A DNA stretch of 63,011 bases, filler included, from Reticulomyxa filosa (lineage: Eukaryota > Protista > Foraminifera), in assembly GCA_000512085.1 (NCBI GenBank). It is 19 parts of 19 records of this genome, joined end to end, with 100 filler letters (N's around TTAATTAATTAA, not from the genome) between each part and the next. Parts side by side here need not be neighbours in the genome. Positions count along the whole stretch, not along the records: positions 1 to 20,174 come from ASPP01020293.1; 18 more parts are not named here. One strand, 5' to 3'. This document shows positions 1 through 11,200 of this stretch, one piece after another; the first letter of the stretch is position 1; the number at the start of each line of letters is the position of its first letter. The notes beneath the pieces are model-generated. The model was given only the letters and a program-made list of their open reading frames with translations. It did no database searches and had not been told where the DNA came from. Position numbers and translations under genes: made by a program.

Positions 1-30
1 ATTACTGAGCAATTTGAAAAAAAAAAAAAA

Positions 31-460
31 GTTCAACTTTGAAGGATAAGCCCTTCATCCGCTAAGACAAGTCGCCAATACCTATATTACAAAACGATGA
101 GAAACCAACCAACAACATTTGCATTAAAAAGAAAGAGATAAAACAAACCTAAGCTTCCACGAGGATTGAAAAGCGAAAACTGATTTTTGGTGATTGTTGG
201 TTTCAACAAGCCGGGTTTTTAAGTAGCCGTGCAACACGATACCATACGAACGTATCTGCGATGACAGCAGCTTGTTCGGGTGCTTATCTGACTGTGCTTC
301 TTTCATTTCTAGTTGTTCGTGTCTCTTCTGTTTTGATATGTCAACAAACGTCTCCATGTTCTCTTCTTTTGATGTGCTTTCCTTTCTTTTGCTTCTTTCG
401 CGACGCATTGCTTTTGCTTCTTTTTTTTTTTTTTTGCATCACATACCCCCTCACCGCTGT
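31..460 (-). CDS. Multi-exon gene fragment of unknown function, running off the window start
   Basis: ORF 124..408 has a charged N-part. A phase-2 GT..AG splice joins IRS to YWRLVLADEGLILQ. No family recognised and no clear start codon. Confidence 0.25.
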
Positions 461-999
461 CCTTGTTCTTGCCGTTCAAAAAAAAAAAAAAGGTTTTGAA
501 TTTATAAACAAACCCAAAAAAAAAAGAATTTTTTTTTTTAGAACTGAGCAGACGACAAAAATTAGAATTCGTTCACGCTGAAATTACGAGTTGGATTGGT
601 TGTCCTGCGGTTTTTTTTGGTTCGTTATGACGGAAAAAGAGCAAAATTTGAACGCATAACTGTCAGTTGAAAATGGCAACGACCATGGAAAAGTCATCAC
701 AAGGCGACAAAATGTTTCAGTCACAAATGCCAGACGAATTACTCGTTTCCTGGGGGCTACTGGGGATGGGAAAAACGCACGAAACTAACTATTATTACTC
801 GAATGCATCACATTTTGTTCTTTTCTTTATTTTGAACAGTTTTTCCCTCATAACTTTATCTTCAGGAAAGATAAACTAATAAGCAGTAAAATCAAAAAAC
901 AAGAAAGTAATCAAAAGAATATTACCAATAAATAATTTTAAAAAGTTGTTTTCATAGCTGTCATTAAAACAAAGGGAGAGATATGCAATATTAAAAAAT

Positions 1000-1450
1000 A
1001 TTATGTATTTGGGGGAATAGTACAAATCAACATTATAGGAGAAAAAACAAGCCAATAATGCCAACATGGAAAGCTTTTTCAAAATTTTGTTAATAAGCTG
1101 TCTATGTCATTTCAGAATATTGTGGGGAGTCTACTGTGGAGAATCTGCACTAAATGTAATACGAAAGGAACTTAGTTCCAAAAAAACAATTTCAATAAAA
1201 GGAAAGTAAATTAAAGAGAATAATGACAAAAGGAAAGTAAGAAAAGACAAGGAAGCAAGAAGTAGTTAACTGAGGAAGTTTAACCAAAGGGAGCTCCTCA
1301 GTTCCATACAAGTTCAACTATGTGTGATAAGGGCTTGCCCTACAAAAGAAATACAGCAATTTTATGGTCATAATGGGCAGTATTACTTCTATAACATAAT
1401 AATCACTAAAAATAGCTTAATTATGATCTGGACATTAAGAGATTAACAAC
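1000..1450 (+). mobile_element. Degraded non-LTR retrotransposon (LINE) ORF2 remnant, pre-RT region
   Basis: DNA similarity to 34777-35090: gaggaagtttaaccaaagggagctcctcagttcc vs gagggagtttagcccctggatgctccacaattcc, plus shared tctactgt, gaaaggaactt and ggtcataa. Interrupted translation TWKAF...LRKFNQRELLSSI resembles the LINE W..F and F+..E+..AI segments. Confidence 0.45.
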
Positions 1451-1664
1451 TGCGATAGCTTCAAAGTTGAAGTTATATGACAGTCATTGGATTATACAGC
1501 CAGAAATTATCTAATATTTTCATCATATCAAATTATCTTCTAAATTATCTCAAAATCAAACTTTATTTTGTTTGTTTGCGTAGTTTTGTTTGCCCAAAAA
1601 TTACGTAGTTTTGATCGTTTGCAACTTTTAGTTGGATTATCATTTGTTTGACATCTGTTTAAAA

Positions 1665-4091
1665 ATGCAGCGGCAATCTAATCAAGTGTCGTCTCCAACA
1701 TCTCCAGTGTCGAAACGTCCTCCAAAATTTGTAAAAATAAAGGACTTGACACCAACGTCAGGTGGTTTTTCGTTGATTGGGAAGATTGTGTTTGAGAAGA
1801 AAATATTAGACCGATTGAATATTGATGGCACCCGTAAATGTCTTGTGGAATTCCTGATTGGTGACAGCACAGGTATGATATACTTGTATTTATTTCACAA
1901 GAGAAGGAGGGGGGTAAAAAAAGGGGTTATAACTCATAAATCAATAACTTGTGTGAATGGCTTACTCAACCAATTAAAAAAGGTTGTGTAATGTTGACAT
2001 TGCGAAACGAGCAAATTTCGAACATAAAAGTGGGCGAAGTGTTGATACTGCGAAATGCCCGTGTGCATATGTTATTCCAAGGTTACATGCGCGTAGTTAT
2101 AGATAAGTGGGGCGCAATTGACAAAGTACCTAGCAGCAGCATGTCGGATGACATAAACTTTGAGTGCAACAAAAGCGATGTGGAGTACACATTGCAATCT
2201 CCCAAAGAGCACGCACGTGCAACCCGAGAAAACAACTATCGCAATCGCAAGCGTGACCGTGTCTCCCATCACGACACCGAATCGACATCGAAGCAGCAGC
2301 AGCAGCAACGCCCGCGCATTGTTAGAAAATTGCATTCATACGAACAACTGCTTAGCCATACCAATGTCACTACCTGTATTTTCATCAGAGGGAAGTTTAA
2401 AAAAGAAGACATGGCAAATGCTTACCGTTTCGCTAGAATGGAACATCCTTACTTGCGAATGGGGATTCGAAATGCAGTTCACTTTTTTTTTTTCCACCCT
2501 CCCCCCCCCCTTTTTCAAGACAAAGTGAAGACATGCCTTGTGTTTGACTTTTGTAATGCGAGTAGAAAGACAGTGGCAAAGAGTTTGTTGAGATTGTGAC
2601 AAATAAAGACGACACGGTGCCATTAAAGTATGCGACAATAACGGACGAAAAGGAATTTGAAGACGAAGAGTTTTGGATCAAGACAATGGACACAGTGGCC
2701 AATGGCGCCTACGACCACGAAACAGGTACATGCTTCCTCGAGTTGTACAGTAATCCCGGATTGACAAAGCACTGTCTCATCGGTGTTGTTAATCACGCCC
2801 ACATGGATGCCCGTGGCAACTTTTGTCTCTACGATTCCATCTTCACTTACTTGGGTCAAATAGTCGATCATCAAACAAAGATGAAAGGCAACATGAAAGA
2901 CCCCTTTGGCTTCATTTCGTTAAATTTAACTACATAAATATTTATACGTATACACATATATATACATTACTATTTTTTTTTTTTTTTTTTTGGGATTAAA
3001 CAGTGTTCGCTGTCGTCGCCCATTTGTGGATATACTGAGCCGAATATTCACCAACTACGAAAAGGATCCCAATCGCTATCATATGCCACAATTGCACGAG
3101 GAATACGTAAAGCCTCTTCCGTCAAAACCGCGAGACAAGGACCAATCGCCAATTGGCAAAATCAGCTTCCACACGTTTGAGTGGGACGCACAAAGTACCG
3201 AAGAATTTCGACTGGCTTGTCGCAAACATGGTGCCACGGTGCAAGGCGCGTTCTCAGCTGCCTGCATTGTGGCCGTCTGTTGTTTGAATAACTTCCAATC
3301 TCAAGAGCCTACCAAGATAAGACTGATCGTCCCTTGCCAAATGAGCCCGCATGTCGATCCGCCTGTTAACAGCCACGATTGTGTTTGCGGTGCTGCGGCC
3401 TTAGTTTTTGAAGTCAGCATTTCTCTTGGTATTAAACAAAATCAAATAATGTCTTAGCATTGTGTGTTTGTTTTTTATTCACAGTCCCCTTCTCTCCCTT
3501 TTTTTTTTAAAAAAAAAGGAAATGATCCTGTTTACTACACAAAAATAGGTACACCACTGTGGGAACTGGTGCAAAGTTGTCACAAGGAAATGCAAGAATC
3601 AGTCGCCTCTGGTTGTACTTTCGAGTGGATCTCTGCAATAAATGGAAAGGCTTTCCGTCCGTCTGGTGAAAAGATTACCTTGCCAATGGTTACCACAATG
3701 TGCAGCAGTATTGGTGTCAATTGCATGCGGGCTAACTATGGAGAAGGAATTGAAATTAAAGGGGTTAAAATGGTCGGCTCGGCTTATAAAGGCAATGTTT
3801 CTGCTACGCATGCAAGTACAATGGCACATGTGCATGTTAGTTTGTTAGTTTATTTGTTTTTTGTTTAATACCACGCAACAGTTATTATATACCTTTCTTT
3901 TTTTTTTTTTTGAAAAGACCTTCGATGGAAGACTGAACGTGTCGATTGAATACAATTCGCCAGGACTTTCTGAAGAAGAAGCGACCAAATATTGCTCTGC
4001 ATATCATGCTGTGTTGAAAACCTTTTTGAAGCCTGAAACTGATCATCCATTGTCCATAGGTGATATCTTGAAGAAATTTGGAAGCAAGTGA
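1665..4091 (+). CDS. Fusion of an N-terminal At4g28440-type OB-fold (SSB-like) and a C-terminal condensation/PapA5/alcohol-acetyltransferase-like HxxxD acyltransferase
   Basis: ATG at 1665. Predicted introns 1873-1982, 2477-2565, 2919-3003, 3429-3548 and 3836-3917 all keep frame. OB motifs: FVKIKDL, GDSTGCVMLTLRNEQ, LILRNARVHM, MRVVIDKWG. Acyltransferase motifs: RKLHSYEQ, EHPYLRM, NHAHMDARG, ACRKHGATVQGAFSAA, HTFDGRLNVSIEY. Confidence 0.8.
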
Positions 4092-4614
4092 ATATTGCAT
4101 AGAAATTTCTCTATTGTCTGAGTATGCTTGTTCGCTTGAGTATGCTGTATTTGTTTTAAAATTTCGACACTGATCCTGACTCAAAATAATAAAAGTTTGG
4201 ATATTTTACTGGCACAAAACTTTTTAAAAAGGTCAGTTTTGAGCCTTTTCTTGCAAGAAAAAAAAGTAAAAAATGCTCTCACTGCTTAATCTAATAAGTA
4301 GTCACTTACATTACAATATCTGGGACAAAACGCTACAGCCTTTTTTCTTGTGTACATAAATGCAATGTTTAACGCCTTTTTTTGTATGTCAAGGATTATG
4401 AAACTTGAGACCTTGTATCTTGAGCATCTTACAATGATACACTTCCCTCTTTCCTGAAATCTTACTATTTTAAGTAATCTTATATATAGCACTATTTAAT
4501 TATTACTGGTAAGGTGTTGAATCATAAAAATTTTAATCTTGATGGTCTGCCATTTTTAAAGGAAGAGCCGTGCGCACGTGCAAGGAAAAAAACTAGAAAT
4601 TGAGTTTATAAAAA

Positions 4615-5954
4615 ATGATAAAAGTGCTGGTATTGATCTGTATTATATTGACAATTATATCAAATGGAAACTGTGTCAATGTGATTGAAATGCACAAAGC
4701 GGGCAAGAACTTGCATAAAAAAGTGTCCTCCTCGAAAATATTGTCTCGAGACAGGGATGGCGACTGTTACTTTCCAGGGTTTTGCAACATAAACATCTCA
4801 CATTGCAACATAGACCGAGTACCTCTAAAAGACCTTTCTTACGAAGAATTTGTGGCCAATTATGTGGACAAAGAAAGGCCAGTGATATTGGAATTGAATG
4901 ATCTGAGTGAAATGCTGGACAATAGCAGTGGGATATTTGAGTGGCAGTCGATGATAAGTCGAGTGCGAAATAAACAAGATTTTGAGCATTTGGTAGATCT
5001 AGAATATAAACATAGCACTCCATATGAGCGTAGTCAAACCTGTGACATCCATGCATTGGAGGATCGAAAGACAGTAGTGTACAAAGAGATTATCGATAGG
5101 ATCTATAAAATTCCGGAAATTTTGGAACACATTGATATTTTTAATCATTTGATTGGATATTTATCGACTGTCGATGGATCCCTATTGGGTTAATTTTTTT
5201 TGTTTTTTTAAACTTTTTAAATCCACGTTTTAAGTATATGTACATATTATATGAAGGCAATAAATGGGTAATATTTGGAAACACTGGAAGTGGTGCCCAA
5301 TTTCACTTTGATTACTATTTGACTTCTTTTTGGAATTTGGTTGTGACCGGGAGCAAATATTGGTTGTTGCTATCGCCGGAGGTTGTGGAAAATGTGCTGT
5401 TCCCTGATGTTAGTGATTTGCATAAGGTCATAAAAATGCCATTGTGGCAGTTTTATCTTCAAATCTATCCTTACTTATCCCTTGTGTTACATGACGCACT
5501 TGTTGCACCCGATAATAAACAACTACACACTCTTAAAAACAAACCTTTTGATACCAATATTTATGAATGTTTACAACGCCCTGGAGACATATTGTATGCA
5601 CCTTCCAAATTTTATCATTCCACTTTTAACTTAAACGCCACTTTATCCGTTTCCAGAAATTTGATTACGTATCAAAATTTTCAATTTGTTTTTGACTTTA
5701 TCACCTCTTTGCAAGCAATGCACTCTGAAGACAAAAAAGGAAATAATGTCGGCATGAAACATGCCATCGAATTATGTGCTGCCTTGTTTCACTTTAACCA
5801 AACCATGTTCAAACAGACAAATTGTTTTACCAAGTCTTTTTTGCAAAGGCTTGGCTCTTTTCCGGTTCAAAAAAATGGAGTCACCAATGCTGACTACTAT
5901 ATTCAAGCTTTAAATTTTGCAGCTCAAGCACCAATGTTTTCTTCTTTTTTTTAA
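4615..5954 (+). CDS. JmjC/cupin 2-oxoglutarate oxygenase, JMJD8-like, with signal peptide
   Basis: Hydrophobic N-terminus MIKVLVLICIILTII. CNIDRV...LSYEEFVANY..RPVIL is JMJD8-like. Also GSGAQFHFD, GSKYWLL and CLQRPGDILYAPSKFYHSTFNL. One intron, 5189-5256. Confidence 0.85.
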
Positions 5955-6574
5955 TTCAAAAATAAAATTGACTCATTTATAAACGCTTTTTGATTTTTTA
6001 TTATTATTGTATTTTGTTTTTGTACTATTTTCTTCTTTGGGTCACACTCAATTGTGTAGATGAAAATTAATCTTGCAATTTATTGCTTTTAACAGATTAT
6101 TGAATTTTTTTGCTTGATTCAGTTCATTGTATATTAAATCAAAAATTGTGTGAATTGGGATAATTTTGTACTATCACTTGAAAAAAAACTTGAAAGAGCC
6201 ATTTGACAATTCAAAAATTCAAATAAAAACATCTAAAAAATATTTTACCATTAAGGAAAGAAACTTTTTTTGCCTGCAACAAAAATAAACGTAATTAGAA
6301 ATTAAAAAGAAAAAGTAATTTTTAAGATAATGGAAGCAAAAAACAATTATACATTAGTTTCTATACTTTAAAAATTTCCATATATACCGTTCATAGATGT
6401 TTTTAAATCACTTAAATTTGAACAAAAATAAATCAAGCAATCTTAAACTACAATGACAAAACAACTATTTAGCTTTTCTGCCGATCTTGTCGGACGAATT
6501 GGCTCTTGAAAAATTCTTTCGCAAAAAAAAAAATCTTGCAAACTTTTCATTTCAAATAAGTAGATCGTGCCTGT

Positions 6575-7944
6575 ATGGATCGAGAGAAAAAGAACGACGG
6601 AGATGAAAAAGGTATGCAAGAAATTTATTTTCCAACTTCAAAAGTTTGTGTAGGCTTTTTGTTGTAATCATTTCACTGTCCCTTGTTTTGTTTTACTGTA
6701 GAACAAGGTGAAGATACCGGATTATCAACAACGGACACTTATGTTCAAATATTCTTAATTCAAGTGGAAATTGCAAAAGCTACGAATTTGGTGAAAGCAG
6801 ATGTATTTGGATTATCAGATCCATACTGTCGGGTTAGCAAATTCATTATAATAAATAATTTACCTTAAAAAAAATTAATAATACAATGAATGATTAGGTT
6901 TCAGCTCTCCGTCAAACATACACAACCAAAACAATTATGAAAACATTGAATCCAGTGTGGAATGAAAACACGCAGTTTATATTTTTTAAAGACCCCAAAG
7001 AGTTATCATTTAATGTATGGGATTGGGATCGAGGTACCAAGCATGATCCAATCGGAGAGTGCACTGTATCCCTGGAAGGGCTTTTTGATAATGGCCACGC
7101 TGGTATTATTTAAAAAAAGATGAAAGTAACAATAACAAAAGCATGTTCGACTAAATTTGTTTTGATGTATTCTTTTTTTATAAAACAAATACAATCAAGG
7201 TTTTTCAGGACCAATCGTATTGAAAAAAGTAAAGACGGGAGAATTGTTTGTAACAATTAAATGTCGTAAACTGCTCCCCATCGAATTGGAAATGCGGGCC
7301 ACTCAATTACAAAATTTAGAAAAACAACAACAACATACTCTAGCGGAACAAGGAAAACAGATGGAAGTATTGACAAAACAAAACAATACGTTGACTGAGG
7401 CAAATCAATCATTACAAGAATCAATTGGTTCGTTAACAACAAGCAAGAAAATTTTGGAAGATCAAGCATCACAGCTGAAAACTCGGAGTTCCGAATTTTT
7501 TTTTCTGTTGTTAAATAATGAACAATATTATCAAGCAACAAAAACCCTGAATTTCTAAAAATAGAGCAAGAACTGGAAGAAGAACAAAAAAAATTATCTC
7601 AAGCCCGTGATGTGGTGCAAAAGGAATATGAAGACTTAAACAATCAATGTTTTTTTCTTCAAAGCACGTTACAAGAGGAACAAGATATTTTAAGTGATCT
7701 GGCACGTGAAAATGAGGAACTTAAAAGTTCACTGAAAAAAGGTACTAGTGAACTCGAAGAAGTGACTCAAGAAATTGCAAAATTTCAGCAAGATATCGAA
7801 ACCTCGAAACAAAAAGAAATTCAAGTATCTGCACTTGCATCTACAGATGCCAATGATGATGAAGCCAAAGCATCTGCGCCATTGATTAATGCGAAAGCAA
7901 ACTCTGCCAAGGATACTAACTGTCAATGTTGTGCTGTGCTTTGA
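6575..7944 (+). CDS. C2-domain plus coiled-coil protein with C-terminal CaaX motif
   Basis: Spliced (introns ~6612-6701, 6833-6897, ~7083-7199, ~7488-7564). C2 motifs KATNLVKADVFGLSDPYC, TKTIMKTLNPVWNE and VWDWDRGTKHDPIGE. Heptad-rich middle region. Ends CQCCAVL*. Confidence 0.85.
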
Positions 7945-8225
7945 TTTAAAAATTTGTTTTACTTTGGAAAAATATTTCTTATTTTTTGGTTGTTCGGCTT
8001 GTAAGAACTTTTTTGTTCTGTTATTTTTGAGCATATTAATCCCTTCGTCGCAGTGATTTCTAAGAAAATACAAAAAAGTTCTGCAAAAGAGGGTTGCGTT
8101 AAAGATTTAGTTACAAAAATGTCACATCACAAGAATTTAAGAAGAAAAAAACCCAGACAAAGTGCAAAATAAACCTGAAAGTATGCATATATAATAGAAA
8201 GATAGACAAAAAAAATTTCTCGGTT

Positions 8226-11200
8226 TTAATTTTTTGATCGGCTTTCCTCGCTTTCATCTATTAATTCGTCAATTATTTCGCCCACAACATCGTCCATGTT
8301 GCTTCTCATGGTTTGCGTTACGACTTCGTTACTTATTAAGGTCTTCTTTTCGTCTTGGTCGTTCTTTAAGATTTGATTTTCACCTTTTCCTTCATCTTCA
8401 TCTTCATCATTCATGAGTTCATCCACTAAATCTTCTAGGTTATTACTTCGCACGGTTAGGTTTTCATTGTTTTCATCTTTGTCGGCTCCCAATAGCATCT
8501 CATCCACTAAATCCTCAATATTGCCCCGGAAGGTTACATTGTCGTTTGGATTACTTACATTACTTGGATTGTTTATTAAATTGTTGCCGGTTGTATTTTC
8601 CTTCTGGTCACTGGATATAACCTCTTGGGCTAAATCTTCAAGGTTCGTGTCAGACGCCACTTTGTCAAATGCCTTTTGATTACCAGTCTGGTCTGTCCCC
8701 TGCGCAAATGCTTGATCATCGGACAATAACTCGCTCATCAAACGATCATCTTCGGCAGGAGCAGCACCATTTCCAATGAGTTCTCCGTCTATCTTTCTCT
8801 CTGTTGTGTCATTTGACATAATCGGCATTTTTCCAATATCGCCTGAGTCCTGTTTTGAACGCTTTCTTTGTTGCTTGTTGCTCTCATTGCTTTGTAATCT
8901 CCTAATCATTGCATGTTTCTTTAAGAAGTCATCTCGTACCGTTTCGGCCATTTTCACGGTATCAGTGAAAACACCTCCTGGTGGTAGTGCTCCTTCCGGT
9001 GGAGGAGCTTTTTTCAATAATGTCAACTGCACATTGATCAATGGTATTGTAACTTTCTTACTTCCATCATTGTCAATCATTAAGCCAGTCTTTGTATGTT
9101 TACGTACGATTCGTTTATGAGGAATAGTGCTTTCCGATTGCAACGTTTCCTTAGGCGATTTGGTACCCTTTGGTGATTTATTTGATTCCCTTGGTGTGCC
9201 AATATCCTCGCTCAAAGTATTATCTTCATCGATAAGATCAGTTGACGTCTGACCTTCGAGAGTTGGAATATATGGCAATTTATCCAAAAGTAAAAGATAT
9301 ATGAAATAGGGTGTCAAAAAGAATGGTCCCAATGCTAATATAGCTTCAATAAGGTGAAAAGCAGAAGGGGCTTCCAGTTTGATATTGAAGAGAGTAATAG
9401 CCAATGCGATAAACCAAACATAAGCTTCGCCAATATTTGTGGAGTGATGTGCCATTGGATTAACAAACAATTGAATCGCCACAATTAAGCCTACAATTAT
9501 TGCAAGCACTGTAGATGTAACTTCAGTGCTGCTAAAAGGTAAACTGGAGACAAAGACAATAGCAAACCTTCGTAATAATCCATACGAAACATGCCACCAT
9601 GTATTTTTGCGGAACATCAATACCAAAGAAGGATAACGAATTTTCAAGTATAAATGCCCTCCAACGCGATACTCTCGCAACATGACAAAGTATAAAAATA
9701 TTGGTACAGTTACTATGACAAACAACGCCGCGTAAGCAATGAAATGCCATTTGTCATAGCATTCCACATGACCAACATAATACATGCGTACACCATAGCC
9801 AGATACGGGCCTACAATTGGTCAATTTAATCAATGCACTTGCAATTTGTGCGTACAACGTTATAAACACGTTCCAAATAGCGCTGTTGAATCCATTCTCC
9901 CAACGGACAGGCAAGGGACGCCCGTTCAATTTGATGTATTTGTACGACATCATACCAACGTATACAATCAGTAATTCAACGAACAATACCAGTGAGGGCA
10001 ATAAATCCAATGACAATTTTTGTCGTCCTGACATATTCTTCAACACGCACTCACCTGAACTGCTGGAAGAGAAAAAGTCCATGCGAAAGTTGGCCGCTCT
10101 CGCCAAAGGCTCAATAATTTTTGATGTTTGCTGGAAGGTTAAAAATGGAATCAATTGGAAGACAAAGAGTGCTGACTTTGTCAAATAGGTTTCAATTGGC
10201 ATTGGTGCTTTTTGTGCTTCACGCCATCCAGATCGGAAAAACAGTCCAATCATTGCTATTCCCAAAAACACTGCCAATAAGATTTGCTTTGTTAAACCAG
10301 AGTTATCTGTGCATATAGCGCAATCGCCAGAGGGAGAAGTTGTTTCCGACAACCCTTCCGTGCATCTACCACAGAGTGGTACGGAGGAATTTCTTCCGGT
10401 CGCGCACAAATAACTCGTGTTTAAAAAGTTGCAGCCATTGGTGTTGTTGCAGCAATATCCAGCAGGACAAATTTGAGTGGCCAAGTAACCGTTGTCATTT
10501 GCAATGGCATACCAATTCAATTTCACTGTGACAAAGTTATAACCTTCACACTTGCATCCCAATGGACATTCCTTACAAGGATTAGTTTTGAGGGTGTATT
10601 CTCCCAAACCGCAGGCCTGGCATGTGAAGATCCCTTCTCCCAAATTTTGTTGAATTTTTTGATAATAACCCGGAAAACAATTGATCACTGTCACTTTCAC
10701 TATTTGCGTTATCGCCACTCCGTTTGGATCCACCACAGAGGCATTACCAGTTTTTCCAACACTTCCTGCATCGACAAGCATGGGGAAGACCCATGACAAG
10801 TTCTCTCGTCCTGGAGCAGTGGTTGTCACTGTCACTGGTGGTACTCGTTCCAGTTTAACAGTATACTTGACAGATTTCAAAGGATTGCCAAAAGCATCCC
10901 ATCCAAACACTTGCATGAGCTTGTACGATCCTGGCGTCATATTGAAATAGAGGATAGGTTTATACAACTTACTCTTGTCAATCGAGGTATTGAGCGAAGC
11001 TTTTTCACATGGTCCACTAAAATCGACTGTTGTGGTTTGAACACACAAATACTTGACACTAGAACTAAAAGTTGCACAACTGCTGCTCGATTTGCAAAAT
11101 CCAGATAATAATGAATTAGGATCAGTGATTGGATTATCTCCCTGGACAATTTCAAAAAATCCATCAGGAGCCGCCACCGAAGCATTATTGTCATGATTAG

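Noticed and set aside
1665-5954. Acyltransferase plus JmjC oxygenase as a biosynthetic gene cluster
   Set aside because: Only adjacency supports it. The predicted compartments differ (no signal peptide vs signal peptide), and no other pathway genes lie on the contig.
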